Positions 52,734 to 64,000 of a stretch of 64,000 nt of DNA are shown here, piece by piece. Source of the stretch: Geosiphon pyriformis uo1 (lineage: Eukaryota > Fungi > Glomeromycota); contig JAAOMT010000176.1 of the NCBI GenBank assembly GCA_016748015.1, positions 549,436-613,435 on the forward strand, read 5' to 3'. How positions within the stretch are numbered: the first letter of the stretch is position 1; every line of letters begins with the position of its first letter. Both the position numbers and the translations under genes were made by a program. A model generated the notes under the pieces. The model ran no database searches. It worked only from the letters and a program-made list of their open reading frames with translations, and had not been told where the DNA came from.

Positions 52734-52949
52734 AGTGTGAATAAATGATAAATGATAGGTGCAGATAAAATTTAATAGATTATTATAAGAAAAGGGTTTT
52801 ATTAATAGTACGTTTAGAAAGTAATTTTTTAAAAGCGGGAGTTCGTATTTTATGTTAATTCTCTATGTTCACATAGTTTGACAAATCAATTAATAGAATC
52901 ATTTACCCTTTTAACCTCAAAAATATCATTACTAAACAGGTTTAAGTAC

Positions 52950-52982
52950 AAAAATACGTCCTCATTATTTCATTATTTGTGC

Positions 52983-53024
<42 letters not shown>

Positions 53025-54316
53025 AATAATAATAATAATAATAATAATTGCATGATGCGGCACTAAAACAGAAATTTTTTATTTTGTTCAATGGCCGCTT
53101 TTAATTCTTATTTTCTTTATTTATCATTGACCGATATGTTTAAGTTGCTTTAAATTTTCATAAAAATATTATATTTTTTAAAGACAAATATTACCAAATA
53201 AACTATCAAAGTAATTTTTATTAACCATAGAGAGCTTAATTATTTTTTCAAAAATATAAAATCGATAGCGGCAACAATATTATTAAAATTTGTCGTGATT
53301 CCAAGTAAATGTTATTTTTGTTTACTTTTGATATCATCAAACCTCCTATTTATTCCCGCCACCACCCATTTTGTTTATCCACCATAAAATTAAACCATGA
53401 AGTCATCAAGTGCTTTTTGGTGCAATCGTCAAACTAACTGGTATTTCCATGGCTCGAAGAAACGCATTTGGACTTCGAAATTGGTAAAATCACAAAATTT
53501 CAAGACTTGTTTACATTATCATTCTGCCCAAGAATGTCCCTCTGCTTACAAAAAGAATTGCTTGCAATAAGCATATAACTATCGCCAATTATAATGTGTA
53601 TTTGAGATGTAGATTATTTAATTAAAGAGTGACTTGAAAATTCGATATGTATACACAAATAAGTTCATAAAAAGATCGAATTCTCCGGGAAATTAGCGAT
53701 AAAAACTGCCTAAAAATCCAAGTAAACCGAATCAAACACCTAAATCTACAAGCATTGCATCGAACCAAAGATATTACACCTAGTATTAAAATATATACAG
53801 TAATTAGTCATTATTAAATGTACAAAATAAATATTATTTTCCAAACAAAAGCTTTTAAAAAATTCTCCTCAGAAAATAACCTATTTTATTCACATAATAA
53901 AAAATTTTAAGATTAAAATAACCAATTTAAAAAATTCATTATTGCTACTTGTGCTCAAAGTATCAAGGAGTTTTAAATATAATTCTAATTAGGTGTATAG
54001 CATGCTAGTTAATACCAGAACTTTTAAGCAGCAATAAAATGGTTGATGAAATAATTGAGAATCCAATCTATTTTTCACTTAATAATGATATAGTAGATAT
54101 TCTGATGGTAGTTTGTAATGTTATAAATAAATCTATAAGACCATTTGTTTAATATCAATGAAATTTCTAAAAGAAAGTTTGATATAATTCATAAAACAAC
54201 TGTATTTAATAGATTAATTTATTCGAATAGTATAAAAAATCATAGTTTAATCAAATATAAAAGAATATAAAAAAAGAGAGTCAGCCATTATTTATTTACT
54301 GTATATTATCTATTTG
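52950..54316 (+). repeat. Left arm of a near-perfect large inverted repeat
   Basis: Reverse complement of 62634-64000. Paired coordinates sum to 116950 at every point checked. Confidence 0.95.
52982..53047 (+). repeat. (CAA)14(TAA)8 compound microsatellite, mirrored at 63903-63968
   Basis: Direct reading; unit counts are identical in both arms. Confidence 0.95.
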
Positions 54317-54700
54317 TTAATTAATTGTTTTTTTATATTATTGATAATTAAATATTCAAAAATCTATATCTATTAAGGTTAGACACTTGATCAATATTTT
54401 TTAATAAAATTGTGATAAATCTTGTATATTATAAAACATGTGAAAAACTATTTATTAACAAAAATTTATTTTATTTTGGTAGAATAATATATTGAATATA
54501 TTACATATAATTTATAAACTTAATAATATTTGTTTTTTTAATATAGTTAAGAATAATTTATATGTGAACAATATTTTATAATATTGTTAAAATAATATAG
54601 CAATTAGAAATTTTAAATTATGATAACTCATAAATATAAAATTATTTTATATATTTTATTAAAAGTTTTAAAGAAGAAAAAATTTGTAATAACTAATAAA
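54015..54700 (+). pseudogene. Highly AT-eroded kinase relic (copy E)
   Basis: aacttttaagcagcaataaaatggttgatgaaataattgagaatccaatctat matches exon 1 of the family (FSSGNKVVDEIIKNPIY), followed by decayed exon-2 similarity. Confidence 0.7.
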
Positions 54701-55439
54701 TATTTATATTTTTGTTATATTATTATAAAAATTAACAAAAAAAAATTTTATTATTATATTACTATAGTTAAATTTTATAATTTTTAACTATATTAATTAT
54801 CTAATTATATTTAGTTATATATATTAGTTACTAATGTTTTTTATATTAACCATCTTATTTTTAGAATAAATTATTAATGTAATTATTAATTTAATCATTA
54901 ACTTAATTTTTGATTTAATCAATTATTATTTTTTGAAAATATATAAACAAAACTTTTTAAAATTATAGAAAATTATTTATATTAAAATTAAATAATTTTA
55001 ATTTACTTATATTTTTAATTACTATTTTTATTTATTTATTTATTTGTATATTATTAGTTTTACAAAATATATTAAATAATCATTTTTTTAAAAATGCAAA
55101 TAATATCTGTTATTAAATTATAAAAGTATTAACATAAGACATATTATAGCAATTATATTATTTTTGTTAATAGTATAGATTATTTTTAAATTTTTAAATT
55201 TTTTTTTTATTTTTTAGAAAAAATAATACTTGAAATATTTATAAAACTGATTTTTCATATTAAATTTTTTTTTGATTATATTTTAATTATATAATATTTA
55301 TTTTTTGTATATTATTTAATTTATAATAATATGCTTATAATAATTTTAAATAAAACTAAATTTGAAGTTGTTTTTTCAATTATTTTATTATTAAATAACA
55401 TAAAAATACCACTAAAATCAAAAGTTTTTCTAAAAAACA

Positions 55440-56235
55440 AAAAAAAACATTTTAGTTTTTATTTTATTAATCCAATTTTTATAATTAGATAATTTTATAG
55501 TTTAATTAAATAAAGTTATATGTAAAAATATAACTTGTTTTGCTTTTAAAACTAAAAAATATTGAAATATATTAAATAACTTACTCTTGTATTAATTTTA
55601 ATTAATATTGTCAGATATTTTGTTGCTATTATAATTTAAAATTAAAGAAAATTCTTGTTTATAGCCAAATCAAGATTGAATATTATAATTGGTACAGTTG
55701 TAATAAAATGAAAAAATATCAAAGAAACTAAAAAAAGCCAATATTATATTTTTATAAAAAAACCAAACTTTAAACCAAAAGTAGTGCTTTACGAAAAACA
55801 GTTACTTTTGATATTTCAAAAAAGTTGGGTTATATTAATTTTGAAAGAAAAAAATTTGTTTTTTTGTATTTTTGATTTTTTTTTGGTTAATTAAACAGAT
55901 GTAAAAAGAAATGCTTTAAGAAAAGGTAGTTTTACTACTAATTTGTTATTAAAAAGTAATAAATAAAATAGTTAAATATAAGTTTATAATTATTGATTTT
56001 TGTAGAATTTAATTAAGTTTTATATAAAATATTAATAAAAAATTGTTATATGGAATATTTAAAGTATAAAAAATTTTACAAAACAAAAAAAAGTAATGAT
56101 ATTTTTAATAAATTTCAAATATCTGGTTTTCAGAAAAAAAGATTCTATAAAATTTTAAATCTCAAAAAAATTGTTTTTTTTTTAATTAAATTTTAAGTTA
56201 GAAGCAAAACTATGGTTTTTTTACATAAAATTTTT
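55440..56235. mobile_element. Degenerate MITE-like element with ~35-40 bp inverted repeats
   Basis: aagttatatgtaaaaatataacttgttttgcttttaaaact (~55512-55552) versus agttagaagcaaaactatggttttttacataaaatt (~56197-56232), inverted. Same family as 7185-7480 and ~61530-62210. Confidence 0.5.
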
Positions 56236-56766
56236 AAGTAAAATTTCAAAATTAATTTATCAAATGATTAAGTTTCATCAAGTGTTTAATCTTATCATTA
56301 TTGAATTTAACATTTTAAAAGATAATTTTTTTAATGCAGAGTTATTTATTCTGATCAATTTGAAATCCAAACCACTCTTATTTAGCATCCTTCGATTAAT
56401 ATTTTTATAAGCGATATAAGAGAAGAAATTCTTTTGGGAATACCTCAATCAAATAATTATGTTAGTTTGAAATAAGAAATTAAAAGCGGCCTTTTCTGTT
56501 TTGGTGCACAAGAATTTTTTAGCAGCAAGGTATTTCTTATGCATCACACGAAACCTAAATCGTGTTATTCGATAAGACAATTGAAACAAGGGGAAACTTG
56601 TTTAACATATTTAGTATGATCTGTAGCGAATCATATTTTGATGAATTAAGTTAATAAATTGATTTGTTAAACATGAACACTGGCTTTGCATTTGAGGAAT
56701 TATTTTCTAAACGTACTATCACATAAAGCTTTAAAAAAACCCTCTTCGAATAATAAACTATTCATT

Positions 56767-57266
56767 ATGGCGAATTTTCAAACTAGAAAAACCTGCTCAG
56801 AAGCCTATGTTAAAAAAACTTCTCCATATACTCATGATTGCAAATTGTGTAAACAATGTCAAGAGAGCATTCGAGTTGAATTGAATAAGTGTAGTGCATG
56901 CCAGTTCATATTTTTTAAAAAACTTTACCTCGACTTTTCAAGCGGTAATAAAGTAGTTGATGAAATGATTAAGAATCCAATCTATATTCCACCTAATAAT
57001 GAAGATAAAGATGATAGTGGTAGTTTGAATTATTATGAATGGATTACATGGGAGCATTTGTCGAAAATCCACGAAATTGGTAGAGGAGGGTTTGGTATAA
57101 TATATAAAGCAACCCTTATTGATGGATTAATTGATAAATCTACTATAAAACATGATAGTAAACTGGAATATAGGAGAGGAAGAACTAATAAGTTAAAAAA
57201 AAAGATTGATGAAGTAGCAATAAAATTTATAAAGAACAGTGAAGAAGTTTTTAAAGAGGTAAATAA

Positions 57267-57359
<93 letters not shown>

Positions 57360-58295
57360 ATTATTATAATTATTTAATTCATATTTAGCTATTATTTATT
57401 TATTCATATTATCTATTTTATTTTATTTATTATTTTTTACACTTTCTCAATAGTTAAATAATCAAAGAGTTATGTTTATTAATAACGGTGGGCACTTAGG
57501 TTATCTCTCTTTAATATATGGAATTACGCAAAACCCTGAAACACTCGAGTATGGAATTGTGATGGAGTTTGCCAAACATGGAGATATGCGAAAACATTTA
57601 GCAACAAATTTTCATTCTACGAGTTGGGAATATAAATTATCGATCGCTTGGAATATAGCTAAGGGACTTGACGATATTCATTCTTCTGGTATGGTTCATC
57701 GTGACCTACACTCGGGCAACATCCTACAATATTATGTTGATAGAGTAAATATTGGAGACCTCGGATTATGTCAACTTACAAACAATGAGATAACAACAGA
57801 AAAAGCAACAGAGGAGAAGAAAGGAATATTTGGAGTAATTCCATACATTCCACCAGAAGTTTTAAGAGGAGAAAAGTTTACAATGGCTGGTGATATTTAT
57901 AGTTTTTCCATGTTATTATGGGAATTAGCAACAGCAAAGCCTCCTTTTTATGACCGTCCTCATGATAATGCTCTCATATTCAATATTGTTTTTAAAGGTA
58001 TTAGACCTGAAATTACCTTCCCCTTTATTCCACCTTGTATTGCCGAAATAATTGAAAAGTGTTGGGATGCTAATCCTGAGAATCGTCCTAATGCCAAAGA
58101 AATTGAAGAGAAGTTGATCGAACTTCGGAAGATGTATCGGCGGTATAAGATAAAGTCAAGAAAAAAGAAGTTTTCAGATGAAGTCGTGAGGATAGAAGAA
58201 GAGCCAAAAGTTGAGTGCCTTCAGTTTTTAGAATCAGATAAATATGTAGAAGACATGTTGAAGAATGACTCAATAATAAAAACCTCAACAAAGAT

Positions 58296-58329
<34 letters not shown>

Positions 58330-58608
58330 GGAATTCATCCAGGGACAGTTTATACAAGTCGCCTTTTAACTTTACAAATGATTGATTTTTCTAAAGGTTG
58401 GTTTATATTGATTAATTCATTGATTTAATCATTATACAATATATTAAAATTTTATCTTAAATTTAATTTACTTTATAAAGAATTAGTCTATTTGCCAGAA
58501 GGTAAGAAATTACATCTATCATTAATCAATTAATCATTAATAAAATTTATACTTTTATTTAACGCTTATTTATTTTATTATTTATAATATTTAGATGATC
58601 ATAATTAA
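56767..58608 (+). CDS. TKL-like protein kinase family, copy D: intact, catalytically complete
   Basis: Exons 56767-57258, 57454-58396, 58481-58501 and 58595-58608. Motifs GRGGFG, VAIK, HRDLHSGN, GDLG, PYIPPE, DIYSF, CWDANPENRP. Confidence 0.9.
57268..57357 (+). repeat. (TTA)~30 microsatellite in intron 1 of kinase D
   Basis: Direct reading; it explains the poly-Leu in the ORF track. Confidence 0.95.
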
Positions 58609-58929
58609 TAATAATTATTTTAAACTCTAATATCTTTTCATAAGTGATATATTTTAGATAATCTTTATTATTATATTATAACTTATATAATTTATAATGG
58701 TTATTAAATTTATTTGAACATATATTAAAATATATACTTTTATTAATTTATTATGAAGGCTATTTTTTCACACCTAAAAAATAATATTCGCTCATTTTAT
58801 TGCTATTATTTTTAAGTTGAATATTTTATTGTTTACTCTTTGAATCATACCAACAGAATAAATTCCATGACATTTAACTATAACCCGCGCAATCTCTAAT
58901 TTATTAAAACAATGAGTGAAATGTTAAAT

Positions 58930-59130
58930 TTACCTCTTTAAAGAGTTTAAAACTATTCTGCAAAGATATCTTTGGAAATTTTACTCCTACTTTCTTTCCC
59001 CCTTAGAATTGGTTTTTTTTCTTTCACATTCCATTTTACCATAATTTTGAATAAATTATCAATTTATGTTGTTTTAGCAATTTCTATTGGTATTCTTTAA
59101 ACGTTCTTATAGAATCCAAGAATAATAACC
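58930..59130 (-). pseudogene. Kinase-family exon-1 relic (copy G)
   Basis: The reverse complement shows ...tggattctataagaacg...gaaattgctaaa...gaaagtaggagtaaaa...ctctttaaagag|gtaaat, the family's exon-1 end and splice donor. Confidence 0.55.
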
Positions 59131-59147
59131 AAATTTAATATAATAGC

Positions 59148-59198
<51 letters not shown>

Positions 59199-62100
59199 GA
59201 TTATTAAAGAAAAATATAAAGTTTAATGTTTTTAATAAAAAGTTTAAACATTAAAAAATATTTTATTATTAAAATAATAATTTAAAAATCATAATTGATT
59301 TTAATTTTAATTTTCAATTAAACTAACAAATATAAGTTTAAAAATTACAAAAATTAAATAATAAATTATAAAACTTTTTTTATTTTTTTATTATTAAATA
59401 TTATAACTTATAAATAATATTAAAATAATTTAATTAGTCATATTTTTAAAATACACAAATTTTTTTTATTATGCTTTAATAAACTGTAGTCCAATTATTA
59501 ACTATAACATAAAATTTAAAAATTTTACAAATAGTCATAACTTATGTATTTTTTATATATAATTAACTATTCAAGTTAATTAAAACTAAAATATGTTGAA
59601 ATTACAAAAAAAACTCTTTTAATCAATATTTTATGCATAATTACAACCAAATTATTAAAAACTAAATTAGCCAATTATACAACAGTTTTATTTATATTAA
59701 ACTTAATATTAAGAGTTTATAATTTTTAAAGAACTATTAATTTATTAAAAATATTATTATTTACAATTTTATTAAAAACTATTTATTTTACACTTAAACT
59801 TAAGATTATTATTTTTGTATATAATTTATTAATTATAAAAAACCTTTTTATTTTAGCATTTAAAAAAAATATCTGTTAACTTTATAATCAAAATAATTTA
59901 ATTTAATTAATAAAGCCAATTTAACCAGTTTAGATTTCAAAAAAATTAACTCAAAATTAATTGTAAAATTAACAACAGCAACAAAAAAAAGAACTAGAAA
60001 AACATTAGTCTTAATATAAGACTTTATATTAATAAAATAACTTATTAAAACTTTAAAACTACTTATTAAATAAAATAAAAAAATAAAAACATATAAAATT
60101 ATAAATTTAAAAAATCAATTTACTAATTTTAAAAACAGTATAATTAGATAAAAAATTTATAATTTATTCTTAAAAATATCTTAAAAAATAATAATTTTTT
60201 TAATTTAAAATTTTTTTTAATATTATTATAAATAAATATATTAATTAATGGCCTATAAATTAATATTATATTTTAGTAATAGAATTAAAGATTTTTATTG
60301 TTGAATTTTTTGTATAAAAAACAGAAATACTTAGTATTTTGCATTTTTAATATAATAACTTATTTATTTTGATGTTTTTTATACTTTTAATAAATTATTT
60401 AATTATTAAGAAATTATTTTGTATTTATTTTTGCATCTTTTATTAGACTATCTATAATATTAACTTTAGTGCTTATTTTTTAATCAATTAATTTAATTCA
60501 AAATAAAATAATAACAAAATAAAAAAAATAAAAACAAAAAAAACAAAATAATAATTAAAAATTAATATATTATTAATAATTATAATTAAAAGTTATTGTT
60601 TTAGCATATTAGATTTTTTAAATAATTGTCTTAAATATTGGTTGTGATTTAAGTAAAACATTAGAAATAAGTAATTTAATAATATAAATAATTTATAAAA
60701 TTAATAATTTAATAAATAAGTTTTATTGTAGATAATAGATGTAATTTTATCAAAAAAAAATTGTTTTAATTATTAAATATCTAATTTAAATGGTTTTTTT
60801 CTTTTGTTATTGTTGTTATATATATATATATAATTTTTATTATATAAAATATTCTGATATTTCTAATTATTTTTTACGCTTTTTTTATGTTATTATTAAT
60901 ATTTTTAAAATCCTTAACATTTTTATCAATATTTTTGGAATTTTTAATATTTTTAGAATTCTTGAATTTTTTAATATTATATTATTTAACTATTAATATA
61001 TAATTGGCTAATTTATGCTATATTTTATTTATAATGTTGTTTTTTTAACACAAATTAATTAACAAATTAAAACAACATCTAAAAACACATATAATTTGAA
61101 ATATATAATATTATATTACTATTAACTGACAATTTTATTAAAAATATTTATATTATTTATATTATTATTATTTACAATAATCTTTAAAAGAATATTACAA
61201 AAACAATAACAAGAAAAACAAAACTAAAACCAAATATTACAGAAAATTTTGCAATTTAAAAAATGGTAAAAAAAAGTAATTTAACAAATATAACAAATAT
61301 AATAATATTCAAAAAAGTCTAAAATACAAACTTTATATATAAAAGCTAAATATTGTTTTTAATAACCAATTTTAAATTAAAAAATTATATAAAAATTAAA
61401 ACGTAATTTTAATATAAATTAATTTAATTTTTGTAATTTTATTAAACATTAAAATAAAAATTATTTACTTAAAAAACTTTTAATGATTAATAAATATCTT
61501 TTAATATTACTAAAATTAACAGTATTTTCAAAAAACAAAAAAAAAAGTGGTTTAATTTCTATTTAATTAGTATAATTTTTAAAGTTATATGTAAAAATAT
61601 AACTTTTTTTGTTTTTAAAACCAATAATAATTAATTAGAATCTAATATATTAAGAACCAAACCAAATATTAATTTATTATAAATTTAACAAATATGTTTT
61701 TATGGTTATTTTTTAGAATAAAAAACTAATTCTCATTTATAGTCTTAATAAAACTATGTATTAAAACTATTAAAAAAACAAATTGTTTTTTTATAGCTTT
61801 GGCTTTTTTATTATCTAAACAGCAAATAAAAAAATTACAAAAAAAACAATTTAATTATTAATTTATAATTAAGAATTTTAAGACTCTTTAAAATACTAAT
61901 AATCAAATTAAAATTATCTTTAATATGTTGTATCAAAAAAACTTTGAAAAAAATACTTTTATTTAAAGCCAAAAAAAGTGTTCTAAAACCAGCAAAAAAC
62001 TTGTCTACTTTAATATTATTTAAAAAAAGCATTTTTATAGAATGCTATTAAACAGTTTTTATAATTGTAAATATATTTTAAGTAAAGATACCAACAGTAA

Positions 62101-62369
62101 TTTCAGGTACTTGTTTACAGTTTTTTACTTTTTGCTTAGAGTATAATCATAAAAATATAAAAAAGAAAAAGTTTTTTAAAAATTTATTCAACAAAATAAA
62201 CTTGATTTTTATTTAAAAAGTTTTTAATTAATTTATATAAAACTTATTTATAAAAATTTATCTATAAATTTTTAAATAAATTTTTGTTTTAATAATATGT
62301 TAAATCATATTAATTTTTAAGAATTTATATTTCAAATAAAATTTATAAAATCATTACATATATATTTGT

Positions 62370-62935
62370 TCATTATTATAAGTTGTCATAATTCGAAAAT
62401 TTTAATTTCGCATTATATCAATTAATTTTGAATATTATTAAGTTCGCAAGTTATGCACAATGTAATAATAATTATTCTACCAAAATAAAATAAATTTTTG
62501 TTAATAAATATTTTTTCACATGTTTCATAATAAATAAGATTTATTACAATTTTATTATTCAAGTGTCTAACCTTAATAGACATAGATTTTTAAATATTTA
62601 ACTATCAATAATGTAAAAAAATAATAAATTAGGCAAATAGATAATATACAGTAAATAAATGATGGCTGACTCTCTTTTTTTATATTCTTTTATATTTGAT
62701 TAAACTATGATTTTTTATACTATTCGAATAAATTAATCTATTAAATACAGTTGTTTTATGAATTATATCAAACTTTCTTTTAGAAATTTCATTGATATTA
62801 AACAAATGGTCTTATAGATTTATTTATAACATTACAAACTACCATCAGAATATCTACTATATCATTATTAAGTGAAAAATAGATTGGATTCTCAATTATT
62901 TCATCAACCATTTTATTGCTGCTTAAAAGTTCTGG
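62370..62935 (-). pseudogene. Mirror copy of the eroded kinase relic (E')
   Basis: Inverted counterpart of 54015-54640. Confidence 0.7.
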
Positions 62936-63925
62936 TATTAACTAGCATGCTATACACCTAATTAGAATTATATTTAAAACTCCTTGATACTTTGAGCACA
63001 AGTAGCAATAATGAATTTTTTAAATTGGTTATTTTAATCTTAAAATTTTTTATTATGTGAATAAAATAGGTTATTTTCTGAGGAGAATTTTTTAAAAGCT
63101 TTTGTTTGGAAAATAATATTTATTTTGTACATTTAATAATGACTAATTACTGTATATATTTTAATACTAGGTGTAATATCTTTGGTTCGATGCAATGCTT
63201 GTAGATTTAGGTGTTTGATTCGGTTTACTTGGATTTTTAGGCAGTTTTTATCGCTAATTTCCCGGAGAATTCGATCTTTTTATGAACTTATTTGTGTATA
63301 CATATCGAATTTTCAAGTCACTCTTTAATTAAATAATCTACATCTCAAATACACATTATAATTGGCGATAGTTATATGCTTATTGCAAGCAATTCTTTTT
63401 GTAAGCAGAGGGACATTCTTGGGCAGAATGATAATGTAAACAAGTCTTGAAATTTTGTGATTTTACCAATTTCGAAGTCCAAATGCGTTTCTTCGAGCCA
63501 TGGAAATACCAGTTAGTTTGACGATTGCACCAAAAAGCACTTGATGACTTCATGGTTTAATTTTATGGTGGATAAACAAAATGGGTGGTGGCGGGAATAA
63601 ATAGGAGGTTTGATGATATCAAAAGTAAACAAAAATAACATTTACTTGGAATCACGACAAATTTTAATAATATTGTTGCCGCTATCGATTTTATATTTTT
63701 GAAAAAATAATTAAGCTCTCTATGGTTAATAAAAATTACTTTGATAGTTTATTTGGTAATATTTGTCTTTAAAAAATATAATATTTTTATGAAAATTTAA
63801 AGCAACTTAAACATATCGGTCAATGATAAATAAAGAAAATAAGAATTAAAAGCGGCCATTGAACAAAATAAAAAATTTCTGTTTTAGTGCCGCATCATGC
63901 AATTATTATTATTATTATTATTATT

Positions 63926-63967
<42 letters not shown>

Positions 63968-64000
63968 GCACAAATAATGAAATAATGAGGACGTATTTTT
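62634..64000 (-). repeat. Right arm of the large inverted repeat; continues beyond the window
   Basis: Reverse complement of 52950-54316. Confidence 0.95.

Noticed and set aside
52878-53066. Poly-Asn ORF
   Set aside because: Translation of a (CAA)n(TAA)n microsatellite.
56686-57360. ORF ending in poly-Leu (apparent transmembrane tail)
   Set aside because: Read-through into an intronic (TTA)n; the true donor is GAG|GTAAAT at ~57259.

Overview
AT-rich eukaryotic (fungal) DNA with short spliceosomal introns. Gene and repeat content fit an arbuscular-mycorrhizal-type fungus (Glomeromycotina/Mucoromycota); this is an inference. There are three zones. (1) 1-7.5 kb is a nested retroelement block: a Ty3/Gypsy gag-LTR relic inserted into ORF2 of an L1/Tx1-like LINE, head-to-head with an ORF1-only poly(A) element. 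(2) 7.7-39.9 kb is a housekeeping block: SWI3/SMARCC, CRZ1-like zinc-finger TF, ANT1-like carrier, tRNA-Asn, CRD1, a DUF2985-like membrane protein, THR1, a Nudix hydrolase, a LIM-C1-RhoGAP, WDR55/JIP5, DGA1 and GUP1. Hidden in it at ~20.4-21.1 kb is a decayed IS607-type element, with a serine-recombinase TnpA and an overlapping Fanzor2/TnpB N-terminus. (3) 41-64 kb is a very AT-rich accessory zone holding about 8 copies or relics of a tyrosine-kinase-like kinase family (one intact kinase, one intact HRN pseudokinase) in inverted arrangements. It also holds more ORF1-only retroelements and a >=1.37 kb near-perfect inverted repeat that runs off the window end.
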